The notes beneath the pieces are model-generated. The model ran no database searches, was not told where the DNA came from, and saw only the letters and a program-made list of their open reading frames with translations. From Kiritimatiellia bacterium (GTDB taxonomy: Bacteria > Verrucomicrobiota > Kiritimatiellia > RFP12 > UBA1067), in assembly GCA_050949565.1 (NCBI GenBank), contig JBMNFY010000010.1, positions 320,001 to 384,000 of the forward strand: 64,000 nt of DNA, given 5' to 3'. Shown here in pieces: positions 27,513-35,747 of this stretch; position 1 is the first letter of the stretch, and every line of letters starts with the position of its first letter. The translations under genes and the position numbers were made by a program.

Positions 27513-30500
27513 TCATTTTCGTGTCTGGTAGTCTACGGTCTCAAAGATACCAAGTCCCAGAAGATAGCCACCAGGCGTAAGTCCAGTTCCGATGGTTGTG
27601 CCAGTTTGGCGCCATGCTGTACCGAAAGCTGCCCGGACGTAGCTACCACCTGCGGCATTGACCAAGTAGCGCCCTTTCTCAATGGCACTCATGCCTTGGA
27701 TGACATTGTAGGTACTGGGCGAAACCGTAGTCTGTCCGATTTCGTAAAGCACAGGATTCTTGACCCACGTTCCTATGTTCGGAATTGCCACTGCTATCAT
27801 TGCGTCTCGCGTGAATCCGCCAATATGGCGGCTAACCCTGTACATTCCGTCCACATTGCCGCAGTCGTCGGCATAGACGCCGGTGAACGGATCAGCAAAG
27901 GGGATCATTCCATCAATACCGGCGGCAAGTCCTTTGCCAAAGCCTTCCGCAAACGCCCCGCCGATTTCCTTCCATTCGGACAGGGTGAACTCCCCGTAAG
28001 GGTCAATTCCGTTCACTGGATCGTTCCCACAGAACTGATAAAGGTTGATTCCGCCGTCTTCGCCGATGGGGTCTTCGGATATCCACCTGCACAGCACAGG
28101 CGAGTAATACCTGAACCCATGATAAAACAGTCCCGAAGCATCACGCTCCTTGCTGGAGAAGGTGAAACGGGGTGTGTAGGTGCCGGTGGCGGAGAACTGT
28201 TCGCCAAACGTCGTGTAGGAATATTCGCCGACAACGTTTCCGCTTGTGTCCGTAGCCATGACCACGTCGCCGCGCCAGTTGCTGTGGAGGTAGGTTGTTG
28301 TCGCGGTGCCGCCGGAGAAGCGAGTTTCCGCCACCAGTGACCCCACGTCGCCCGCGATGCCGATGCCGCGCGTGAAGTACTCGCGAATAGTTCCATCGGC
28401 GTGGGCGGTCGCGATGATGTCCATGCCGTCCCAGATGTAGAGCGTGAGCAGGCTGTTTTCCTGCTTCGCGACGCGGCGGCCGTGCTGGTCGTACCAGTAG
28501 AGGGAAACCGCGCCGGAAACGGTGTTGCTCACACAGGCGAGGTTGCCCTCGCTGTCGTAGGCGAGAATCATGGGCGGGACGCCCATGCCACCGGGGAGAT
28601 TGGTGATGCTCCCGTTTGCGTCATTACCAATGACCGTCGTCACCTTGTTGACGCTGAACTCGGAGAGGCGGAAGGACGGGGCCTGTCCGTCCTGGTCGAC
28701 GCGGAACTGGATGCGGACGAGGCCGTTGCTCATGGGGTGCATCGGGACGTTGGGCGCGATCCAGCGGCCTGACGCGTCCCTCTCGGCGTTCACCGGAGGC
28801 TTTGCCGCCGTCGGGTAGTATTTCACCGTGGCGGCGGGGTCGGCGGTGCCGGTGATCGTGACCGCGCCGTTGCGGATGTGGCGGGTCGTTTCATCCGCCC
28901 TGTTCACCGCGAACGATGCGTTCGGAGCCGCCAGCGCATCCGTGTACGGTGTGAATGAACGCGCCACCATCGAGCCGGTGGCCTTGTAGTCGAAACGTTC
29001 CAAGTAGGCGGGCGCGGCGTTGGTGTAGGTGGTGGCGCCTGTCACCATGCTCTGGAGGTTGTAGGCGAAAACCGTCTGGCGCTGGCCGCCGGCCGACAGC
29101 GTGGAGACGGAGGCGAGGCGGTCGACGTCCCATTCGTAGTTAATAGTTAATAACGAAGAGTGAAGAACGGTGTTGGAGACGGCGGTGGAGGCGGGGCGCT
29201 GGAGTGCGTCGTAGGCGCGGTGTTCCGTGACGGCGGGAGTGGCCTTGGCCAGCAGCCGTCCGGAGTCGCTGTGGGTGTAGGCGGCGGAGGCGTGGGGGTT
29301 GGCGACCGAGGCGAGCGCGGGCAGGAAGGGGTGGTGCGTGTAGGCCTCGGGGATGACGGCCGCGCCGACGGTGAGGGTGCGGTTGGTGACGAAGCCGCGC
29401 GGGCCGTAGGCCCAGCCGAGGGAGTAGACGAGCGGCGCGGTCTGGCCGGGCAGGCCGGAGAGGGTGACGGTCTGGGAGACGGGGCGGCGGCGGGAGTCGT
29501 AAGAGTAGTTAATAGTTAATAACGAAGAGTGAATAACTGGGTGGAGGGACGAGGTGACGTGGCGGACGGTGTTGGTGAGGAGGTCGCGGGCGAGGTCGTG
29601 GCGGTTGGTGGTGGAAGAGAACGCTGAACGCTGAACGTCGAACGTTGAACGTTGGAGGAGGCGGGTGTGGGAGGCGTCCCAGACGTTGGTGGCGAGGTTG
29701 CCGCAGGCGTCGGCGCGGGAGGCGGGCAGGCCGTCGAAGGTGTGGGTGAAGGATTCGCGGGTGCGCCCGATGGCGTCTTTGCGGGCGGCGAGGCGGGTGA
29801 GGCCGTTGGTGACGGCGTAGGCGAAGGTGCGCGTCGCGAAGGAGCGGGCGGCGGGGAGGTCGGGGCCGGCGGCGGCGGCGACGCCGAGGGCGGCGAGTTC
29901 GCCTTCGCCGAGGTAGGAGAAGGCGAGGGCGGTCGAGGTCCGGGCGTCGAAGGGCGCGAGGGCGGATTCGAGGCGCTTGTTGCCGTCGTAGGTGAAGCGG
30001 TTGGTGACGCCGTGGCGGTCGACGTGCAGGGAGGGGGCGCAGCAGTCGTAGACGTAGCTGTCGGCGGTGCCGTCGGGGTACGTGATGAGCACGGGGCGTT
30101 CGAGTGTGTCGCGCTCGATGGAGACGGGGTTGCCGTCGGCGTCGATGATGGTCGAGGGCAGGAATCCGCCGTCCTCGTAGTCGAACTCGGCGAGGGTGGC
30201 GGCGTGGGCGCCGCCGTTGAAGGCGGATATGGAGACGGGGCGATGGGCGGCATCGTAGGTGTAGCGGACGGTGTTGTCGAGGCCTTCGTCGGCGGTGTGC
30301 CAGAGGGTCTGGCCGAGGGCGTTGTATGCCGCCTGCCAGAGGGTCTGGGTGGAGACGGTGGATAACGGAGAGTTGACCGTTAACAGTTGGACGGCGGTGA
30401 CGAGGCGGTTGGTGCGGGAGAAGAGGAGGGATGAGCCGTCGCGGGCGGTGAGGCGGACGGGATCGTCGTTGGCGTCCAGCTCGGCGCTCTCGGTCCAGGC

Positions 30501-33068
30501 TTCGGCGGGGGTGCTGCTGTTCGCCCGATAGACCTTGTTGGAGGCGGTGATGAGGCGTCCGCCGGAGGGCAGATTGTTGTTGTAGGTGAAGGCCGTGTCG
30601 CGGCGGGCGGCGTTGTCGGTGACGGCGGCTGAAGAGGAGAGCGAATCATAGAACCCGATTTTACCTGACGCGGGCGAGAAAAGCTCGCGTTCGAACGTGA
30701 CGTCGCGGCGGCCGGTGGCGGAAAATGTGCGGTAGTTGAGGTAGTCGCCGCGGCGGGTGTAGATTCTGTCCCAGCGGTCATTGGCGAGGGCGGCGGCTTT
30801 CGCGTGGAGGGCGGCGGAGCCGGTTTCGTCGATGAGCGCCCACAGCTTCGAGGCACCGTTGCGGTCGCGCTTGACGGTGGGGCCCAGTGCCGCGTAGGCG
30901 TGGTAGTTGTAGGTCGTCACATGGCCCTCGGGGTCGGTGATGGAGAGTTCGGAAGGTTCGTCGTAGGTGGGCCACTCCTCGAAGGTCTGGTGGAGGTCGA
31001 ACTCCCAGCGTCCCCCGTTGGGCCAGGTCATGGCGGCGGCGTGGTGGTGGGAGACGGTCGTGCCGGAATTGTTTTTGAGTTGGCGGGTCCGGGAGCCGTA
31101 CTCAAGCGTCGTGGTCTGGCCGCCCATGTCGGTAATGGACGCCAGCAGCGGGGTGCCGTTCGTGGTCAGGTAGGTGAAGGCGGCGGAACGCCCCAGCTCG
31201 CCGCCGTCGGGGCCGACGGCGTAGACGCGGGAGACCGTGCCGTCCTGATTGTAGTCGTAGCGGAGCGAGCAGCGCGTGACGGTGGAGGAGACGGAGACGA
31301 AGCGTCCGGTCGTCTCGTCGCGGGTGACGATAAGCGCGTTGCCGAAGGCGTCCTCGACGCTGGCGAGCGTCTGGGAGAAGGGGCTGTTGGCGGGGTGGTA
31401 GGTGTAGACGGCGGTGCCGTGGCCGGTGGAGAGCCGCGCGGATCCGTCCGGGAAGAGGGCGGCGGTGTGGCTGCCGGTGAGGGTGGGGTCGCGCGGCAGG
31501 TAGGTGCCGTCGGACTGGCGGTTGAAGTAGAGTTCACGGCCCGAGGGGAGGTGGAAGAGGAGGTGGTTGCCCGGGTCGAGGGCCACGGTGGTGGATTCAT
31601 AGGAGACGGACCAGCGGTAGCCGAAGGGGTAGAGCTGGACATCGACATCGGGGCTGGCGTAGCGGGCGTTGTCGGCGTCGCGGTCGTTGTAGGTGAGGAC
31701 GAGTTCGAGGGACGGGCCGGCGGGGGCGTCGAGCCAGAGGGGCGTGTCGACGAGCAGGTAGTTGAGGTTGAGGGTGTGGACGGCGTGGACGGGCATGCCC
31801 CGCGAGCGCCTGTATTTCTCGCACGGGTCCGTGTCGTCGTCGGCGATGCCGGTGTCGTTGTTGTTGGTCTCGTGGCCGCAACAGCCGCCGGTGAAGGCCT
31901 CGTCGGCCGCTGCGGTTGCCGGCGCGGAGGCGCGGAGGGGCGGCGGGGGCGCGGGGAAGTCTGCGCGGGTGAGGAGGCAGGCGAGGCCGTGTGCCGCGCC
32001 GCGCAGCCAGTCGTCGCGCAGGGCGCGGGCGTCCTTCTGGACGAGGCCGTTGTCGGGGTCGACGAGCCAGGCGGTGGCGTCGTCGGCGCGGACGAGGACG
32101 GTGTAGTGGCCCAGGGGCGGGCACTGGGCGTCGGTCGCCGGGAGCCGGGCGGTGAAGAGGGGCGCGGAGGGCGCGGGGACGCAGAGGATGACGGGGGACG
32201 ACGGGGCGGCGAGGGCGGCGGCTTCGGGGTAGGTCAGGCGGCGGGTCGCGATCCCCCAGCCTCCGGCGGAGAGGCGGGCGCGCATCTCCGCGACGGAGAC
32301 GCCGTCCGGGCCGCCTTTCGCCGCCGCCCACGGGAAGGCTTCCGCGACCTGCGCGAAGGAGACGGCGGGCAGGGACGGGATGTTTTTAAACTGCGGAGAC
32401 GCGGAGGACGCGGTTTTCTCCGCGCGTCCTGCGGTCAGCAGGTATGCCGCGAGGCCGAAGGCCTTGGGGCCGCATTCGCGGGCGGCGCGCGCGAACAGTT
32501 CCGCCCGGTTGATGTGCAGGAGCCAGTTGAGGGCGTAGGTCTTTTCGTTTTCGGTGGGGTCGCGCGAGAGGAGTTCGTGGAGCGCGGCGCGGGAGGCGGC
32601 GGGGCGGCGCGTGTCGAAGTAGACGCGGGAGAGGCGCACGAGGGCTTTGCGCCCGACGGGGTTGCCGCGCTGTTCTTCGGCGAGGCGCGCGAGGATGGCC
32701 TCGGCTTCGGTGTGCTCGCCCCTGAACTTGTGGTAGCAGGCGACGTGCAGGTCGGACTCGCCGCGCCACGGGTCGGCGGGGTGGGCGGCGGAGAAGGCGA
32801 GCATGGCGGCGCGGGCCTCGTCCCAGCGGTGGGCGTTCCAGAGCGTCATGCAGGCGCCGAAGGCTTCGTTGCCGACGGCCGAGAAGCGGGCGGGGTCTTC
32901 GGTGGTCGGGCTGAGCGCCCCGCCGTGCTCGCCGGACTCTTTCACGGCGGCGGTGGTGAAGTGCCCGGGGCGCGCGGTGCGGGCGAGCGCGCGTTTGGGC
33001 TGGGCGGCGGATGAAACGCCGGCCAGCAGCAGTGACGAAACAAGGACGAGTGTGTTGATTGATTTCAT
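27513..33068 (-). CDS. Rhs/YD-repeat polymorphic toxin with Sec signal, TPR-like region, C39 peptidase-like domain, Ig-like insert and variable C-terminal tip
   Basis: YD repeats. Core FRYYSPVLCRWISEDPIGEDGGINLYQFCGNDPVNGIDPYG. N-terminal ECGP...GHYTV...LVDP. Confidence 0.9.
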   Translation of the reverse strand: MKSINTLVLVSSLLLAGVSSAAQPKRALARTARPGHFTTAAVKESGEHGGALSPTTEDPARFSAVGNEAFGACMTLWNAHRWDEARAAMLAFSAAHPADPWRGESDLHVACYHKFRGEHTEAEAILARLAEEQRGNPVGRKALVRLSRVYFDTRRPAASRAALHELLSRDPTENEKTYALNWLLHINRAELFARAARECGPKAFGLAAYLLTAGRAEKTASSASPQFKNIPSLPAVSFAQVAEAFPWAAAKGGPDGVSVAEMRARLSAGGWGIATRRLTYPEAAALAAPSSPVILCVPAPSAPLFTARLPATDAQCPPLGHYTVLVRADDATAWLVDPDNGLVQKDARALRDDWLRGAAHGLACLLTRADFPAPPPPLRASAPATAAADEAFTGGCCGHETNNNDTGIADDDTDPCEKYRRSRGMPVHAVHTLNLNYLLVDTPLWLDAPAGPSLELVLTYNDRDADNARYASPDVDVQLYPFGYRWSVSYESTTVALDPGNHLLFHLPSGRELYFNRQSDGTYLPRDPTLTGSHTAALFPDGSARLSTGHGTAVYTYHPANSPFSQTLASVEDAFGNALIVTRDETTGRFVSVSSTVTRCSLRYDYNQDGTVSRVYAVGPDGGELGRSAAFTYLTTNGTPLLASITDMGGQTTTLEYGSRTRQLKNNSGTTVSHHHAAAMTWPNGGRWEFDLHQTFEEWPTYDEPSELSITDPEGHVTTYNYHAYAALGPTVKRDRNGASKLWALIDETGSAALHAKAAALANDRWDRIYTRRGDYLNYRTFSATGRRDVTFERELFSPASGKIGFYDSLSSSAAVTDNAARRDTAFTYNNNLPSGGRLITASNKVYRANSSTPAEAWTESAELDANDDPVRLTARDGSSLLFSRTNRLVTAVQLLTVNSPLSTVSTQTLWQAAYNALGQTLWHTADEGLDNTVRYTYDAAHRPVSISAFNGGAHAATLAEFDYEDGGFLPSTIIDADGNPVSIERDTLERPVLITYPDGTADSYVYDCCAPSLHVDRHGVTNRFTYDGNKRLESALAPFDARTSTALAFSYLGEGELAALGVAAAAGPDLPAARSFATRTFAYAVTNGLTRLAARKDAIGRTRESFTHTFDGLPASRADACGNLATNVWDASHTRLLQRSTFDVQRSAFSSTTNRHDLARDLLTNTVRHVTSSLHPVIHSSLLTINYSYDSRRRPVSQTVTLSGLPGQTAPLVYSLGWAYGPRGFVTNRTLTVGAAVIPEAYTHHPFLPALASVANPHASAAYTHSDSGRLLAKATPAVTEHRAYDALQRPASTAVSNTVLHSSLLTINYEWDVDRLASVSTLSAGGQRQTVFAYNLQSMVTGATTYTNAAPAYLERFDYKATGSMVARSFTPYTDALAAPNASFAVNRADETTRHIRNGAVTITGTADPAATVKYYPTAAKPPVNAERDASGRWIAPNVPMHPMSNGLVRIQFRVDQDGQAPSFRLSEFSVNKVTTVIGNDANGSITNLPGGMGVPPMILAYDSEGNLACVSNTVSGAVSLYWYDQHGRRVAKQENSLLTLYIWDGMDIIATAHADGTIREYFTRGIGIAGDVGSLVAETRFSGGTATTTYLHSNWRGDVVMATDTSGNVVGEYSYTTFGEQFSATGTYTPRFTFSSKERDASGLFYHGFRYYSPVLCRWISEDPIGEDGGINLYQFCGNDPVNGIDPYGEFTLSEWKEIGGAFAEGFGKGLAAGIDGMIPFADPFTGVYADDCGNVDGMYRVSRHIGGFTRDAMIAVAIPNIGTWVKNPVLYEIGQTTVSPSTYNVIQGMSAIEKGRYLVNAAGGSYVRAAFGTAWRQTGTTIGTGLTPGGYLLGLGIFETVDYQTRK

Positions 33069-35557
33069 GGCAGGGTGGCTCCTTGGGCCGGATGGATGAT
33101 TGTAAAAGCGGCTGAACTTTGGACGGGGGTAGCGGGATCGGCGGGGGCGGGGTCGAGTATGTCCAGCAATCCGTCGCCGTCCGTGTCGGCCATACTGTCG
33201 TGGATGTTGGGATCGGTGCCCATGGCCGCTTCTTCGTTGTCCGGTATGCCGTCGCCGTCGGTGTCGGCGATGCCGTCCGCCGGGTCGAACGGGTCGGTGC
33301 CGTGGACAAGGATTTCATCGCCGTCCGGTATGCCGTCGCCGTCGGTGTCCGGTGTTGTCGGGTCGGTGCCGAGAAACCATTCTTCCCGGTCTCCGACGCC
33401 GTCATGGTCGCTGTCGGGGTCATGCGGGTTGGTGCCGATGTGGTATTCCTCAAGGTTCGTCAGCCCGTCGCCGTCCGGGTCGAGGCCTGCGTCGGACGGA
33501 TCCAGCGGGGCCAGGCCGTGCCTGCTCTCCCAGCCGTCGGGCATGCCATCGTTGTCGGTGTCCCATTTCAGGGGATTGGTGGTCGTGCCGAGGCAATAGG
33601 TGATCACGTCGCCGGAAACGGCTGCATCTTGAGTGTTGAAAGCGACCGGCAGATTGCATTTCCGGCCTCCGGTTTGGGCGCCGAGGGTTGCGCCGCGCCC
33701 GTCCGCAATGCCGCGCATATCGGTGTAATGCACTGACACAATGTTTGAAATTCCTTGGGGGATGGCGATCTGTAGGGTCAGCAAATCGTTTGTAGTGGCC
33801 GCCCTGATTTTCAAATTACGGTATTCAATGACACAGTAACGGTTGCCGTTGGTCATCACATCGGCAACGGTTATTTGCGAGCCCAGTGTGGACGGGTCGG
33901 CGGAAAGATCGTCCCAATAGGCGGCGATATAGGTGTGCGCCGTGGAAATCCGCCAATTAGTCAGATTCTGGTTGTTGTTGCCCGGCATGTCAGCATAGTA
34001 TGGCCGGATGGGATTGAGCAGGCCGACGATGCCGTTCACGCTGACGGCGGCGTTTGTAGAGGTCACCCCCGCGATGCGGACGGGGAACGGCAGGGGAACG
34101 GTAAAATATTGGTCGTTATAGGTCATGGTGGCGGACAGCAGGTTCGTTCCGTCGGAAACGTCGAACCGAGCGGCTTGACCGTGCGCGACGCCGAACCACC
34201 CGATCTCGTCGCCGTCCGTTAGCCCGTCGCCATCGGTGTCGGGGTCGTGCGGGTCGGTGCCGGCACGGAACTCGGCAATGTTGGGCAGGCCGTCCCCGTC
34301 TGGGTCACCGTCTGCGCCGTCATTGCCAGAAGCGGAAAGCGGGTCTAGAGCGTTGTCAACCTCCCACTTGTCCGTCATGCCGTCGCCGTCGGTGTCGGGG
34401 TTCGTCGGCGAAGTGCCATGTACCCACTTCTCATTGGCGTCGGTCAGCCCGTCGCCGTCGGTGTCGGCGAGGTCGGCGAGGCGGAAGAAGCCGGTGTCCG
34501 TCAGCCAGACGGCATTGGTGCAGATGGTGTTGGTATGCGTGACACCGGGAGCGTAGGCAGAGGGCGCGGTGTTTGTGACGCACGCGGGTGCCGGGGCCGC
34601 CGGCGGCGGGGGCAGGTCAGCGCGGGGGATGACAAGATCGACCCCGGCCGCATCGGGATCGACCGCGACCCGCCACGGGTTCGTCCAGGCGGACGCAGTC
34701 AGGGACGGGGTGAAGAAGATGTCCAGCGCGCCGCCGGCGAGCACTGTGCCCGTGGGCCATGCAGCGGAGAGCGCGACGCCGTTCGTGCCTGAAGCGATGC
34801 CGGTAAAGGCCAGCCCGGTCAACGTGGTCGGCGAGCGCGTCGGCGCACCGGCCGCCGTGCTCTGCCGGTCCGCCGCCATGCCGGAACGGTAGTCATCGAG
34901 ATCTTCGCGGAGGAGGAAAACGAACGTCATCTCGGTGTGCGACGGCAGAAAATACTGCCGCGTGGACAACCACGCTGAACGGTAAAAGCCCCAGTCCGGC
35001 GTCTGCGCGCGGCGGGAGGGCCTTGCCAGCAAATCTTGATACACCCGCTCGGTATCGAAGAAGTCTGGAGCCGTGCCATCGACGCTGTGAAGTTTGGCGA
35101 TCCAGTCCGGCGTGTAGACGGCGGCGTCGGCGGTGACCGACCAGAAGGCATCCCCGGCCGCGTTGTAAAAGAGCACGTCGCCGCTGAGGTCGTCCGCGCA
35201 CAGGGTCGCGCGCCACGCCTCGACGCCGTTGACCTCTTCCGGCAGGAGCCCCGCGAGAAATTCTGGCGGGAACCCTGGCGCCGCAACGTCCAGAGGAATG
35301 ACGCCGCCGTCCAGCCTGACCCGCCGCTTTGGATCCGGCATGAGCATGCCCGCGCCTCGCGCCAGCTCACGCTCCAGCTTCAGCACCATCTCTAGCGGCG
35401 TGGCGGGCGTCTTGTGCGCAGAAGCGGGCCGGGAGGCGGGTGTCCCCGCCGGAGTCGCGCTCTCTTCGCCCTGCGCCACAAACCAAAAGCTCAAGGTAAA
35501 CAACGTGCAGGAAATCACTGCGTATCGAGCCAACACAAAACCGTCCGTCTTTTCCAC
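33065..35557 (-). CDS. Secreted protein with many Ca-binding DxDxDG (bacterial TSP3-like) repeats and a central NIDO-like domain
   Basis: Repeated DTDGDG.PD..E...GTDP and VPLPFP...SVNG...IAAYWDDL. Stop overlaps the Rhs start. Confidence 0.8.
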   Translation of the reverse strand: MEKTDGFVLARYAVISCTLFTLSFWFVAQGEESATPAGTPASRPASAHKTPATPLEMVLKLERELARGAGMLMPDPKRRVRLDGGVIPLDVAAPGFPPEFLAGLLPEEVNGVEAWRATLCADDLSGDVLFYNAAGDAFWSVTADAAVYTPDWIAKLHSVDGTAPDFFDTERVYQDLLARPSRRAQTPDWGFYRSAWLSTRQYFLPSHTEMTFVFLLREDLDDYRSGMAADRQSTAAGAPTRSPTTLTGLAFTGIASGTNGVALSAAWPTGTVLAGGALDIFFTPSLTASAWTNPWRVAVDPDAAGVDLVIPRADLPPPPAAPAPACVTNTAPSAYAPGVTHTNTICTNAVWLTDTGFFRLADLADTDGDGLTDANEKWVHGTSPTNPDTDGDGMTDKWEVDNALDPLSASGNDGADGDPDGDGLPNIAEFRAGTDPHDPDTDGDGLTDGDEIGWFGVAHGQAARFDVSDGTNLLSATMTYNDQYFTVPLPFPVRIAGVTSTNAAVSVNGIVGLLNPIRPYYADMPGNNNQNLTNWRISTAHTYIAAYWDDLSADPSTLGSQITVADVMTNGNRYCVIEYRNLKIRAATTNDLLTLQIAIPQGISNIVSVHYTDMRGIADGRGATLGAQTGGRKCNLPVAFNTQDAAVSGDVITYCLGTTTNPLKWDTDNDGMPDGWESRHGLAPLDPSDAGLDPDGDGLTNLEEYHIGTNPHDPDSDHDGVGDREEWFLGTDPTTPDTDGDGIPDGDEILVHGTDPFDPADGIADTDGDGIPDNEEAAMGTDPNIHDSMADTDGDGLLDILDPAPADPATPVQSSAAFTIIHPAQGATLP

Positions 35558-35620
35558 GACAAACCTCCGCCTCAGGGCTGAAAGAGAAAAACGCCACCAT
35601 CGCTGAGTTAATTCACTAGA

Positions 35621-35710
35621 AGTTTACGCTATTCGCGGGAGGTGTCAACCGATATGCCCGGGAGCAAAATCACAGTGCCCTTGATTCTTTGCGTCCTTTT
35701 CCCGTATACT
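35621..35710. promoter_or_regulatory. Divergent sigma70-like promoters (toxin operon leftward, beta-helix gene rightward)
   Basis: Minus strand: TTGACA(35648)-16-TAAACT. Plus strand: TTGATT(35681)-18-TATACT. Confidence 0.5.
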
Positions 35711-35747
35711 AGAGCTGCTAAGTTATCAGGGAGGCGTGGAGCGTCGG

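Noticed and set aside
23570-29810. Duplicated Rhs segment as a diversity-generating retroelement template/variable pair
   Set aside because: No reverse transcriptase. The repeat is kilobase-scale and the differences are not adenine-specific.
30804-33014. 736-aa plus-strand ORF antisense to the Rhs gene
   Set aside because: Gly/Val/Glu-rich antisense shadow of GC-rich codons.
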